DNA of 64,000 nucleotides from an uncultured Nitrososphaerota archaeon (GTDB taxonomy: Archaea; Thermoproteota; Nitrososphaeria; Nitrososphaerales; Gagatemarchaeaceae), in contig CAVRAG010000008.1 in NCBI GenBank assembly GCA_963718895.1, positions 1,088,001 through 1,152,000 on the forward strand, given 5' to 3'. This document shows positions 49,057-58,224 of the stretch, one piece after another. The notes under the pieces were generated by a model. The model searched no databases. It was not told where the DNA came from and was given only the letters and a program-made list of their open reading frames with translations. Within the stretch, counting starts at the first letter, position 1; each line of letters opens with the position of its first letter. A program made the position numbers and the translations under genes.

Positions 49057-51538
49057 TCCAGGAAATGTATGTCGCAGGGGTAGTAGCCGAGCTCGTAGAA
49101 CCATTTCTGGGGGCGGTTTGTGAGAAGATCTGGTTCGACGTCTCGACATCCTTCATTCCCTCCGTTTCCTTCCCAAGTCTTGAGAGGATTGTCCCCCTCA
49201 GTCTCAGTCGCTTGCCATGGACGAGGGACGTGTCTCCTTTCCACTCGTTGGGAGGATACTTCTCGACCCATTCCAGAGCCTCACGATACCTCCCCATCGC
49301 CAGCAGGACGGTCGACAGATTGAAGGCGAAGTAGTCTTGGATCAGCGGTTCCCCCGACCTTTCGACGAGCGGAATCAACCTCGCCAAGATCTCGAAGCTC
49401 TCCGTGTACTCACCTCGCAAGCTGTAAATCATGGCGATGTTGGTGAGGATGCAGATTCTGTCGAAGTCCTCGGTTGCTTTGCTCTCGGCCTCGCTTAGGA
49501 CATCGTAGGCATTGTCGAGCCGCTTCATCTGCGTGTAAACGATCCCCAGGTTGTTGAGAGGGGCATCTATCTCATAGGAGTCGATTTTGCGGTATATCAC
49601 AAGCGCCTGGGACAGGTTGGACTCTGCAGACTCGAATTGGCCCAAGTACAGTTGTTCTGCACCCATGTTATTGAAGGACCGAGCCAGCTCGATTGTTGAG
49701 TCGCTCTGCCTGAATACATTGATGGCTTGAGTTATCATGTCCACCGCCCGTCTCGAATCATAGATCATCCCAGACTTCCTCTGCAACACCGCCAACCCTG
49801 TAAGGTCTCTCACGAGATTGAAGGCCTTCTGACTCTCCCCGTAGTAATCCTTCGCCTGCTCATGGTTTCCGAAGTGGTCGGCCAAGGTGGACAGGATTGA
49901 ATACGTCGAACCCCTCATGTGCTGATTCTGGGTCTTCTCGAACACTCGTGCTGCGACTTCGAGGTGTTCTCTTCCTCTCTCGCTGGCTTCGATGGTGCCG
50001 ATAAAGCGGCAGCACTTCCCGGCCAGAAGGTGAGATTGAGCGAATTGCTCAGTCTCGAGAGTGCATCTCTTGATCGCGGACAAGGAGTGAGCAAAGGCGT
50101 CGCCGAACAACCCGCTCGAGAACTCTGCGGTTGCGAGCTCCAGCAAGAGTGAGGCTTCCGAAAGGGGCTCGATCCTGACCTTCCCACTCTCGACCATGAA
50201 CAAGCAGCTTCGTAGGTAGTTTACCGCACTGCCGAACGAGAGGTTCCTTGTCGACATCTCGGCAGCGTTCCGATACAGCGGAAAGGCGGTGTAGTAGTTG
50301 CCGGCCATCTCATAGTGATAGGCCGTCAGTTGCGGTTCGTCAGCGGTCCTTCCAATCCTGTCGTAGTATTCGGCAACTTCACGGTGCTGGTCCCTTGCGA
50401 GGGAGCCTTGAGAGGCGAGGATGACCTCTCTGGTGGTATCGTGGTCGAACTCGCAAGAGTCGGGCGATTCCGTCTCACGGATGATCCCGTAATCAGAGTC
50501 GACCTGTTCGAGAATGTGCTTCACCTTCAGAGCTTGGAGGCCCGAGATGAACGCCACATCCTCGACCGAGAACCGCCTTCCCAGCATCGCGGCGTAGTCC
50601 AGCACCAGACGAGCGTCTCCGCTCTCCTTCTGAATCTGCAAGAGCTGGTTACCCACGAAACTCCGGAGTTCAGCGGGCAAAGCCTTCGGGAGTGCGTCCG
50701 AACCTCTCATCTCCTTGATTGTCTTCACGATGTACAGGGGGTTGCCGCCGGTACGCTCGACGAGCACGTTCACGTTCCGGCCCTCGATCCTCCCTCGGGA
50801 CATCTGCTTGACGAGTTGTGCGGACGAACGAACGCGGAGCGGCTCGAGATGTACGAAGGTTGAACCGACGTGACTAGCCATCGCTTCAATTATCGCAGCG
50901 TTACCCTTTTCTCGCTCAAACGTAGCGCTCTTCTCCCTGAAGCACAGGACCGCCAACACTCTAATCTTGGCTATGTTGTCGATCAGGTAGCCGAGGGCCT
51001 CAAGGGAGGAAGAGTCGAACCTCTGGGCGTCGTCGAAGAATGCCACGATGGGCCTCTTCTTGGAGACCTTCTCGAACAACGCGAAGAAGACGTTTCTTAC
51101 GTAGAGGGAGTTCGAGATCTGTCTCACGTCGGTCGAGGACAATCCTGCGACGCTTTTGGCTAAGTTGACCCCGATGTCAACGTACTGGCCAATCGAAGGC
51201 ATTAGCACAGCGAGGTTCGCCAGTGTCGAAGCCACCTGTTTCCCTCGATCGCGGCTGGTCGTGGTTTTGAGGAGCCCTTCCAGCATCTCTCCCAGGGCCG
51301 AATAGGGGCCCGTCGCGTATTCTCGGCCCACCGCCCGGACGACGAAGGCAGACTCTTGATTCACCTCTCCGAGGAACCTGGCTGCAAGCGCTGTCTTCCC
51401 CACCCCGGGCTCGCCGTTAATGAAGACCGCCCTTCCGATTCCTGTTTGAATAACCTCAGCGAGAGCTTCGTTTAGAATCGAGAGTGGTTCCTCTCTGTCG
51501 ACGAAGATGTCCTCGGTTTCCGTCCGCACTCTGGACAA
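49053..51538 (-). CDS. STAND-like AAA ATPase plus TPR repeats (frameshift near 49120; true C-terminus probably ...WFYELGYYPCDIHFLD)
   Basis: FVDREE, GEPGVGKT, FFDDAQRFD, TGGNPLY, FDHD, TPR helices (NNMG, LNNLG). Confidence 0.8.
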
Positions 51539-51626
51539 CTGGCGTTTCGAGGCAGCGGGTGGTTATATTTGGCTTACCAATCATAATCACCGCCCGCTTT
51601 AGTCACGTCTTCTAGATGGGTCAGAG

Positions 51627-52058
51627 ATGCTTCAAAAAATCGAGATTCGGCCGGTTGAACTGTATGACGCTGTTCCGCTCCTGCGGCTGGAAGCGAGATG
51701 CTTCGGGATGAGGTATTCGTCGAATTCGCTGTATTACTGGCGACCGATACTCGATTACTGCTGGGCCTACAAGGCCGCCCGAGACGACGAGATTCTTGGC
51801 GGAGTGATAGCAATGCCGACTCGGCAAGGGAAGGTGTACATCAACTCACTTTTCGTTCATCCTCGAATGCGAGGGTTGGGCATCGGGTCCCAACTCTTGG
51901 GAACAGTCCTCGGGTTGCCTGCCATTGGTTTCGTTCTGGATGTCAAAGTTGACAAGAGACGACTAATCGAGATGTACCAGAGGCATGGATTCAAGATCAT
52001 TAGGAACGAGACAAACTACTACCTGGACGGGTCGGACAGAGTTGTAATGGAAAGGTAG
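51627..52058 (+). CDS. GNAT N-acetyltransferase (RimI-like)
   Basis: LFVHPRMRGLGIGSQLL, YQRHGF, NYYLDG. Confidence 0.85.
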   Translation: MLQKIEIRPVELYDAVPLLRLEARCFGMRYSSNSLYYWRPILDYCWAYKAARDDEILGGVIAMPTRQGKVYINSLFVHPRMRGLGIGSQLLGTVLGLPAIGFVLDVKVDKRRLIEMYQRHGFKIIRNETNYYLDGSDRVVMER

Positions 52059-52121
52059 CTGTAAGACTTGGGTTCATGGCCCTTCATCTTCGCGGTTCAA
52101 TGCAAACGCGTTCGAGAGACC

Positions 52122-52484
52122 TTACCCAAGTTTCCCGTCATTTTCGGGAAAGGTATGGCTGTCATTGCAACCGTTGGACGGCGGTTCGGTGTTTATCCGC
52201 AGTGAAGCTGGGTTGGATTTCCAACTAGCGCGCCGGTGTGGATTACGGCCGCCGACAAAGACTAGCATCATCCCAAGAATACTAAGGGCGACGGAAAGTC
52301 CAAAGACCCAGCCAGAGTAGGCAAGACTTGAGACTGAGCTTGGCCCGAGGTAACTTTGAGGAGAGCTCCGGAGGCTGACCGATCCCGTCGCAACTACCAA
52401 AGCGAACAGGATCATGGCGACACCGCAAGCCAACTCTAACTTCCAACTATACTCGTTGATTCCCGTTTCGTGTTTCAAACTCAA
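52122..52484 (-). CDS. Small two-TM membrane protein
   Basis: Two hydrophobic helices; downstream of the secreted protein at 52648. Confidence 0.55.
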   Translation of the reverse strand: MSLKHETGINEYSWKLELACGVAMILFALVVATGSVSLRSSPQSYLGPSSVSSLAYSGWVFGLSVALSILGMMLVFVGGRNPHRRASWKSNPASLRINTEPPSNGCNDSHTFPENDGKLG

Positions 52485-52647
52485 TCATCTAGCCCGCGCT
52501 TGGAGGGAAGTATTTACGTCTAACTTGAGACGGGCAGATGCCATCGTGCTGTCTAAAACTATTGGGGTGAGGTCGCCTCTCGCCAAGTTCGACCTCAGCT
52601 TGATTCATCACTTGGCGGCGAGACCTTCTCGACTACCCACGCAATCA

Positions 52648-53367
52648 CTAGAAGGAGGGGAATGAGTAGCTCCATCCGGTGCAGTAGGAGCCGAGGTACC
52701 ACCAGCTGGTCGAATCAGGACTCATATAGCTCCAGGTGTCAGATGCAGAGTTGTACTGGACAGCGGGCCAGCTCGCGATGCCTTGGGCCGTTATGACGCC
52801 TTCCGCTCCTCCTTGCGCTTCCTCCGTCCAGGCAATTGTGCCTCCCTGACCATACGAAGTACTTCCCGGACCAGAGCATTGAGCTTCGCCGTTGCTTACA
52901 TAGCCAGTGGAACAGTTACTCGGACCGTTGCAGATTCCCACTCCAGTAATGACGCCTTGGGCATTGACATTGACTTCGAGGACGTCCTGGGTGTACATAG
53001 CGACGCCAAGAACGTTGGTCCAGGTCATCGACTCTTGTGACGACATCTCACACGGACACGTGATGAGCGGTTGAGCGCCGCCTGCGCTAGTTGAGCTCTG
53101 AGTCGTATTGATGGATATAGTTGTTTGTTCCCATAGACCTGGCGATACCTGTATCTTGGGGAGAGTTTCTGACCAATAGCCACCTGGCCCTACAACAGAA
53201 CCACTGATTGTGATGTATGTGGGTTGAGTAGAGGCAAGTGTATGGGACACGGGAAGTGCCAGCATGAGAAGGATTATGGAAATGCTAGCGGCTTTCATCA
53301 ATGAAGATCCTTTAGCCTTCCATCCTTTAGCTGAGAGTCTTGTATTCGGCAGAAACGTTTCTTTCAT
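52648..53367 (-). CDS. Secreted Cys-containing protein
   Basis: Signal peptide (IILLMLALPVSHTLA), linker ending AQPL, then a Cys/Trp/Gly-rich domain. Confidence 0.6.
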   Translation of the reverse strand: MKETFLPNTRLSAKGWKAKGSSLMKAASISIILLMLALPVSHTLASTQPTYITISGSVVGPGGYWSETLPKIQVSPGLWEQTTISINTTQSSTSAGGAQPLITCPCEMSSQESMTWTNVLGVAMYTQDVLEVNVNAQGVITGVGICNGPSNCSTGYVSNGEAQCSGPGSTSYGQGGTIAWTEEAQGGAEGVITAQGIASWPAVQYNSASDTWSYMSPDSTSWWYLGSYCTGWSYSFPSF

Positions 53368-53444
53368 GATTGTAGTCTCATCACAGATGACATATAATGA
53401 GCAGACATACCAAGTGATACTTTTTACATGGGTTAATCCGGCCT

Positions 53445-53999
53445 TTGCCCATGGAAACGATAATCCACCACGCCGCAGAACGCCACCAACTTCACCCTGT
53501 TCATGTCAACTTCAAGATTCCGTCAGAAGTGCACAACTCTCTGGAGAGAGCGGCGATAGACGATAAGTTAAGTTTGAATGCACTAGTAAACCAGATTCTC
53601 TCTAGGTATGTCTCGTTTGAGAAGACAACGGTCGACGAACCCGTCTTAATTCCAAAGTTTCTATTCGCCGAACTGATCAAAGCTTTCCCGGAGGAGCAGG
53701 CCAAAGCGGCAGGGGCGCTGTTGGGCGCCAAGCTAAGACAGGATTTTGCTTTCCATGGGATCAGACAAGACTCCCAGGCGATTCTGAATTTTCACCTTCG
53801 GCAGATGGGTGCGTATTCAAGATGGTATAATCTTGAAGTGTCGAGGACCGACGTTCGAATAAGAGCCGCTCTCTTGCATGGGTATGGTCAAAACTGGTCG
53901 GCATTCTTGACCCAGTACTATCAATCAGCCATAAAGGCCGTCACAGGCGCAGATCCTCGAATAGAACATGAAGGCGGCACCATAGTAATCACATTCTGA
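53445..53999 (+). CDS. RHH-like plus HxxG..WS domain regulator (same family as 46943)
   Basis: VNFKIPSEVHNSLERAA....SLNALVNQILSRY; LHGYGQNWSAFL. Confidence 0.7.
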   Translation: MPMETIIHHAAERHQLHPVHVNFKIPSEVHNSLERAAIDDKLSLNALVNQILSRYVSFEKTTVDEPVLIPKFLFAELIKAFPEEQAKAAGALLGAKLRQDFAFHGIRQDSQAILNFHLRQMGAYSRWYNLEVSRTDVRIRAALLHGYGQNWSAFLTQYYQSAIKAVTGADPRIEHEGGTIVITF

Positions 54000-54260
54000 G
54001 CGAAGAAGCAGTTATTCTGACTCTCATCCCAATGGTTTCTGCGGCGCAGGGCCCGATTGACTTGGTTGAGCCTTGGGATTCCTAGTTCGAGTATTGGGAA
54101 ATCTAGTGTCGGCGGCACAGGGACGCCGATCGCGAGGATTTCAGCCAAACTGTGAACCGTAGCTAGAGCCGGTCGAGAAGGCTGATATGCCAACTAGCGT
54201 CAAGACCAAGGACAGGGCGGACGAATGCGGCCTTTCTGTCAACCGTCCCACTGAATCAGG

Positions 54261-54581
54261 CTAGTTTCCATTTTCGTGCCTAATCGTGAAGTACTTTTGC
54301 TGAAGGTTCTCTAACCGAGAGAGCAGTTCTAGACCGTGCGAAGTGATATACATCTTGGTCCTAGAATTATTGGTCTCGGCGCGCATGAAACCCTCGAGGA
54401 TCAGATGGTCGAGCGTGCTTCTGAGCTCCTTCTCCTCAGGCCTCAAGCCTGACCAGCCATAGATCTCATCGATCAGCTCCCATTCATCCATTGGTTGACT
54501 GCGCAAGGCCGTCAGGATGACTAGCTGCAGGTTGGCTTTCAACCACTTTAAGCGTATTCTGAACTGCGTCCAGTTCATCAT
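54261..54581 (-). CDS. PadR-like winged-helix protein
   Basis: LVILTAL...PM...ELI...L..L..EG......YITSHG. Confidence 0.65.
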   Translation of the reverse strand: MMNWTQFRIRLKWLKANLQLVILTALRSQPMDEWELIDEIYGWSGLRPEEKELRSTLDHLILEGFMRAETNNSRTKMYITSHGLELLSRLENLQQKYFTIRHENGN

Positions 54582-54607
54582 GCTCCCATCACCGAATGCC
54601 TTCTGAG

Positions 54608-54973
54608 TCAGCGGACGTGGTCTGCCTGAGGACCTGTGACGCTGAGGCGCAGCTGCATGAGACTGAGCTCATCCCTCCACCCCTTTAGCAAGATGCGGCC
54701 AAGAGGCGTCAATCGTAGGGAGGTCCTTCTTCCGTTCTTCACCTTTGTAATCGCCCCGCTGCCTTCCATTGAGTCAATCACAGGGTACACCTGTCCGGGG
54801 CTGAGGAGGACCTCGAAATCCACGCACACTGTGGCGATGATGTCATAGCCGCATACGTCTCGTCTATCGACGTTATCCAAGATCAGGTATTCAAGCATGG
54901 AATTGACAAGGCCCCGCCTGTAACGTCTTACCATCAATTCGACGCCGTCGCTTCCTATCGATTGGGCCAACAA
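54608..54973 (-). CDS. PadR-like winged-helix protein
   Basis: LIL......CGYDII...LSPGQVYPVI...E..G.I......LTPLG. Confidence 0.75.
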   Translation of the reverse strand: MLAQSIGSDGVELMVRRYRRGLVNSMLEYLILDNVDRRDVCGYDIIATVCVDFEVLLSPGQVYPVIDSMEGSGAITKVKNGRRTSLRLTPLGRILLKGWRDELSLMQLRLSVTGPQADHVR

Positions 54974-55021
54974 TCCCGATACCTATGGCTGAAATGACAA
55001 TGCACCTGTAATAAACGTTTC

Positions 55022-56152
55022 ATGAAGATAGGAGCGATTATTAGGGTATTCGTTAACGTCTTGCCGTTGAGCGAGAGAATCGCTGACCTAGTTCAGGCGA
55101 TTAACCGCATCGGGATAAAGAACGTCGCTGCGCTGTCACGCATGACCAGCATGCCCAAAGAAACCATCAGGTATATGCTCAAGAAGAGGTTCCCCGTGCT
55201 CGACCTTGCTGTCGAGACCGTCTTCAACTTGGGTGAGCTGGGCCTGCAGCGGTACTCTGCAACCTTCAAATTCGCGCCGAACGCGCTGCCGCACGCCAAT
55301 TCAATCCTCGACAAACTGGCGAGCGTGGCCTTCCTGACATACCGCTCGGGGACGCTCCTAGAGCCAACGCACGTCGCGCTTTTTGCGGTCCCAGTGCTCG
55401 TTGAGGAAGAGTTCCAGTCGTTTCTGAGAGGCCTCGTCGACGCAGGAGTCCTGAAGGGCGTGGAGTCCAAGAGGTTGGAGTGGGCGAGGAACCCAGAGTT
55501 GAAGTGCGAGTACTACGATTTCGACTCCGGACACTGGAACGTAGACTGGAAGGCGGTCGGGTCGCATCACGAGGCACCCCCCTCTCCAATCGTCGTGGAC
55601 CAGCCTCGCCTGAAGCCGGCCATCGATCGGAGCGACATCCTCCTGATTAAGGAGCTTGAGGCAAGTTCGCTGAGGAACCTTGCGGAGATCTCGGGGAAGC
55701 TCAAGATGAACGCCGTGACCCTCAGGTGGCACTACAGGAAACACGTGCTGCCAGTCATCTCTCATCACAGGGTGCGTTGGATCCCGGCGCGCGGTGGTGA
55801 CAAGTCCAAGGTTGTGGGTGTCTCATTCGGCTTCAGCCAGCTTACGAGGTCGCAGATCGGAAAGGCCAGACTGCTATTCAACAATTTTCCTTTTGCCTGG
55901 TACGAGGCGGGGTCGCGCGACGGGAGCTACAGGGCCGACTTGGCGATTCCAATCAACGAGTTGGTCCCTTCGCTCGAGTTCCTGAACGCAAGGTTGGGCG
56001 AGATGTCGCCTCCTCCATGGAAGACTTACGTCCTCGATCTCCCATCGAGCATGCATTACACTGTTCCCTACGAGAACTTCACCGAGGAAGGGGGGTGGGC
56101 CTTCGACCCCGAGGAGGCCCTGAACTCGATTCTTTCAGTCGCGAGAGTCTGA
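55022..56152 (+). CDS. Large Lrp/AsnC-like regulator with two HTH modules
   Basis: N-terminal NVAALSRMTSMPKETIRY plus LGL; second module IDRSDILLIKELE..SLRNLAEISGKL.M...TLRWHY; YYDF..G.W and F...GGW motifs. Confidence 0.7.
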   Translation: MKIGAIIRVFVNVLPLSERIADLVQAINRIGIKNVAALSRMTSMPKETIRYMLKKRFPVLDLAVETVFNLGELGLQRYSATFKFAPNALPHANSILDKLASVAFLTYRSGTLLEPTHVALFAVPVLVEEEFQSFLRGLVDAGVLKGVESKRLEWARNPELKCEYYDFDSGHWNVDWKAVGSHHEAPPSPIVVDQPRLKPAIDRSDILLIKELEASSLRNLAEISGKLKMNAVTLRWHYRKHVLPVISHHRVRWIPARGGDKSKVVGVSFGFSQLTRSQIGKARLLFNNFPFAWYEAGSRDGSYRADLAIPINELVPSLEFLNARLGEMSPPPWKTYVLDLPSSMHYTVPYENFTEEGGWAFDPEEALNSILSVARV

Positions 56153-56176
56153 GAGCAGCATCGTCAGTCTGTCATT

Positions 56177-56320
56177 CTAGGTGGGGCCTCCTCCGATCGG
56201 ATCTCCGTCGAGCCCGCCGATGTGAAGCGGGAGGAGCCCGTGAGTCGCGAGGGTGATCGCGACCAATCCAAGGACGAGGGGGACCCACAGGTGGAGGTTG
56301 TTCCGTAGCGATAGTCTCAT
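56177..56320 (-). CDS. Unannotated 47-aa hydrophobic propeptide (candidate signalling peptide precursor)
   Basis: MRLSLRNNLHLWVPLVLGLVAITLATHGLLPLHIGGLDGDPIGGGPT*; TAATATT box 21-27 nt upstream of the ATG; below the ORF-track cutoff. Confidence 0.6.
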   Translation of the reverse strand: MRLSLRNNLHLWVPLVLGLVAITLATHGLLPLHIGGLDGDPIGGGPT

Positions 56321-56577
56321 GACCGCGGGGTGCCCCGACGAATATTAGCACACTATTCAGACCGAAGTTACTAAATTCGTAAAGTCCAGCGGATAACGTA
56401 AGTCAAATTCGATGACGTTGGCGGTTGGCCTTCTTTCCTGCCGACCGAAAGCCTCCTACAACCATGCAATAGTTGTGGAAAATGTGGCGGGTCGGCATGT
56501 CAACTTTATCGTTCGCACGATACGCATGTATGTCTGTGGTGTAAACGCTTATCTCAGCCTCTCATCCTCCGAAAGAT

Positions 56578-57474
56578 GTGAGCGACACAGAACTCTTGGT
56601 GGGGGAGGACGCCAAGCTCGTAGTTCTAACCGAGGTAGAAGAGAAGGTTCTGACGATAACCGCCAACGTCACGCCAGAAAGCGTGGGCACTGACAAGATA
56701 AAGAGGGAAGGGACGAAGTTCTTCGCTCCCGGAGGCAAGTTCGGGGCGTTCCTCGGCGCGGTCAAGCCCGACGACATCAAGGTCGCCAGGAAGACGGCCG
56801 TGCTCCGCCCTTATTGGCGGATATCCGGAGGCTTTGCCTGCAGGTACCTGAGACGGCACAGCCACAGGCTCTCGCTGGAGAACGATGTGGAATCTGTGAC
56901 CATCTACGGAAAGCCACAGTCCGTCACCGGCGAGAGGTTGCGATTGAGCGACATGCTCGCCAAGGCCGGTGCGAGCACAAGCTTGGGTTACGGACCTGTG
57001 AAGCTGTCGCTTGGCCCTCTGGAGAGCATTATGAAGGGGAAGATTTCCTCTGTACTCGGCAGCAAGGATACCGAGCTGGAGCGCAGGGTGGAGGTTGCCC
57101 TGCCCGACATAATCGAGAGCGCAGTATTCACCTACACGGGGCGGTTCCTGTTCGACGCGACTCAGGGAACGGAGAGCAAGGAGATCTTCGACCTTCTCGA
57201 AGGCAAGGACCTCATTCCAACGAGAGAACCTGCGCTCAAGAGGACAGGGCTCGTGCTGGAGCCGTCATTTACCAGGGAGGAAGTTATCGAGGAGGTCAGG
57301 AAGCGTCTAGCCAAGAAGCCGGAGGAGACTCCCCGCAGGGTCATCGAGCAGGAATTCGTGTTGACCGAGCTGTGCCTCATATACCTGCCCTCGTACGACT
57401 TCACGCTGGAGTATAACGGAAAAATGAGGACTCTGCGCCTCGATGGCGTGACAGGCGAGTTCAAGGCGAGTTGA
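56578..57474 (-). other. Antisense shadow ORFs (56626-56865, 57162-57464); not coding, the gene is on the + strand
   Basis: They lie opposite the 298-aa + strand ORF. Confidence 0.3.
56578..57474 (+). CDS. Conserved hypothetical archaeal protein
   Basis: 298-aa ORF with host-like codon use; PYW and IYLPSY...LDGVTG motifs. Confidence 0.7.
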   Translation: MSDTELLVGEDAKLVVLTEVEEKVLTITANVTPESVGTDKIKREGTKFFAPGGKFGAFLGAVKPDDIKVARKTAVLRPYWRISGGFACRYLRRHSHRLSLENDVESVTIYGKPQSVTGERLRLSDMLAKAGASTSLGYGPVKLSLGPLESIMKGKISSVLGSKDTELERRVEVALPDIIESAVFTYTGRFLFDATQGTESKEIFDLLEGKDLIPTREPALKRTGLVLEPSFTREEVIEEVRKRLAKKPEETPRRVIEQEFVLTELCLIYLPSYDFTLEYNGKMRTLRLDGVTGEFKAS

Positions 57475-57529
57475 CCAAAGAATGGGAGATATGGACGACC
57501 TAATCATGATTCCAAGCGCTTTGATAATC

Positions 57530-57652
57530 ATGGCGGTCATGGATTACGCGGCGTGGCAGATTTTTGTGACAGTCGCTGGAGGCTTTGCAATCCTCTACAT
57601 GGGCTTGCTGATAATACTCGAAGTGGCGGTCGTCGCAAAACTCGTAAGCTGA
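57530..57652 (+). CDS. Small single-pass membrane peptide (copy 2; probable 1-nt deletion in the tail)
   Basis: MAVMDYAAWQIFVTVAGGFAILYMGLLIIL; the shifted frame gives KTRKL, matching ETRKL of copy 1. Confidence 0.55.
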   Translation: MAVMDYAAWQIFVTVAGGFAILYMGLLIILEVAVVAKLVS

Positions 57653-57783
57653 TGTTTGATCGATAAAGGACGTAAGATCACTCAGGGCTAGTTCTTCTCT
57701 ACCAACGGCTTCCGCTTTCTCCCTGAGATTGACTCATCTAATTGTGATGCTCTAAAACATAACTTTTTACACAACCAATTGGT

Positions 57784-58224
57784 ATGATTGTGGTGCGAAC
57801 GCTAATGAAGCCTCAGCATTATGCTCACGTCTCGTTGCGAGTTGCTTTCGTCGTCGTAGTCTCATTAGTGTTGATGATGCTCGGAATGGTCGTAGCGCCA
57901 TTGGTGTCGGCTTCCTCTAATCAGTCCCTCCCGTTATCGCAATCCACGGGGCAAGCACAATTCCGGTTCAATGATACGGTCTCTGCCGTGGTGAATCTGG
58001 TATACGCGACTCCAATACCTGGGGCGGGACAACCCCACTCAAATGGGACAGTAGTCGTCCCAAACGCGATCTCATCACCTGCGAACACGTCTGCCCCATG
58101 CGTGCCGAGCTTGGCATATCCAAGGTCGAATAACCCTACGGAATCCACGGGCCCACGAACCGCTTGCTCTTCTGGAGTCGCTCTCCTCACAGTGGTTGGA
58201 GTGTGTTGGAGCGTCCCCGATTAA
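57784..58224 (+). CDS. Putative secreted protein (possibly truncated)
   Basis: Signal-peptide-like hydrophobic stretch ending VSA-SS. Confidence 0.45.
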   Translation: MIVVRTLMKPQHYAHVSLRVAFVVVVSLVLMMLGMVVAPLVSASSNQSLPLSQSTGQAQFRFNDTVSAVVNLVYATPIPGAGQPHSNGTVVVPNAISSPANTSAPCVPSLAYPRSNNPTESTGPRTACSSGVALLTVVGVCWSVPD

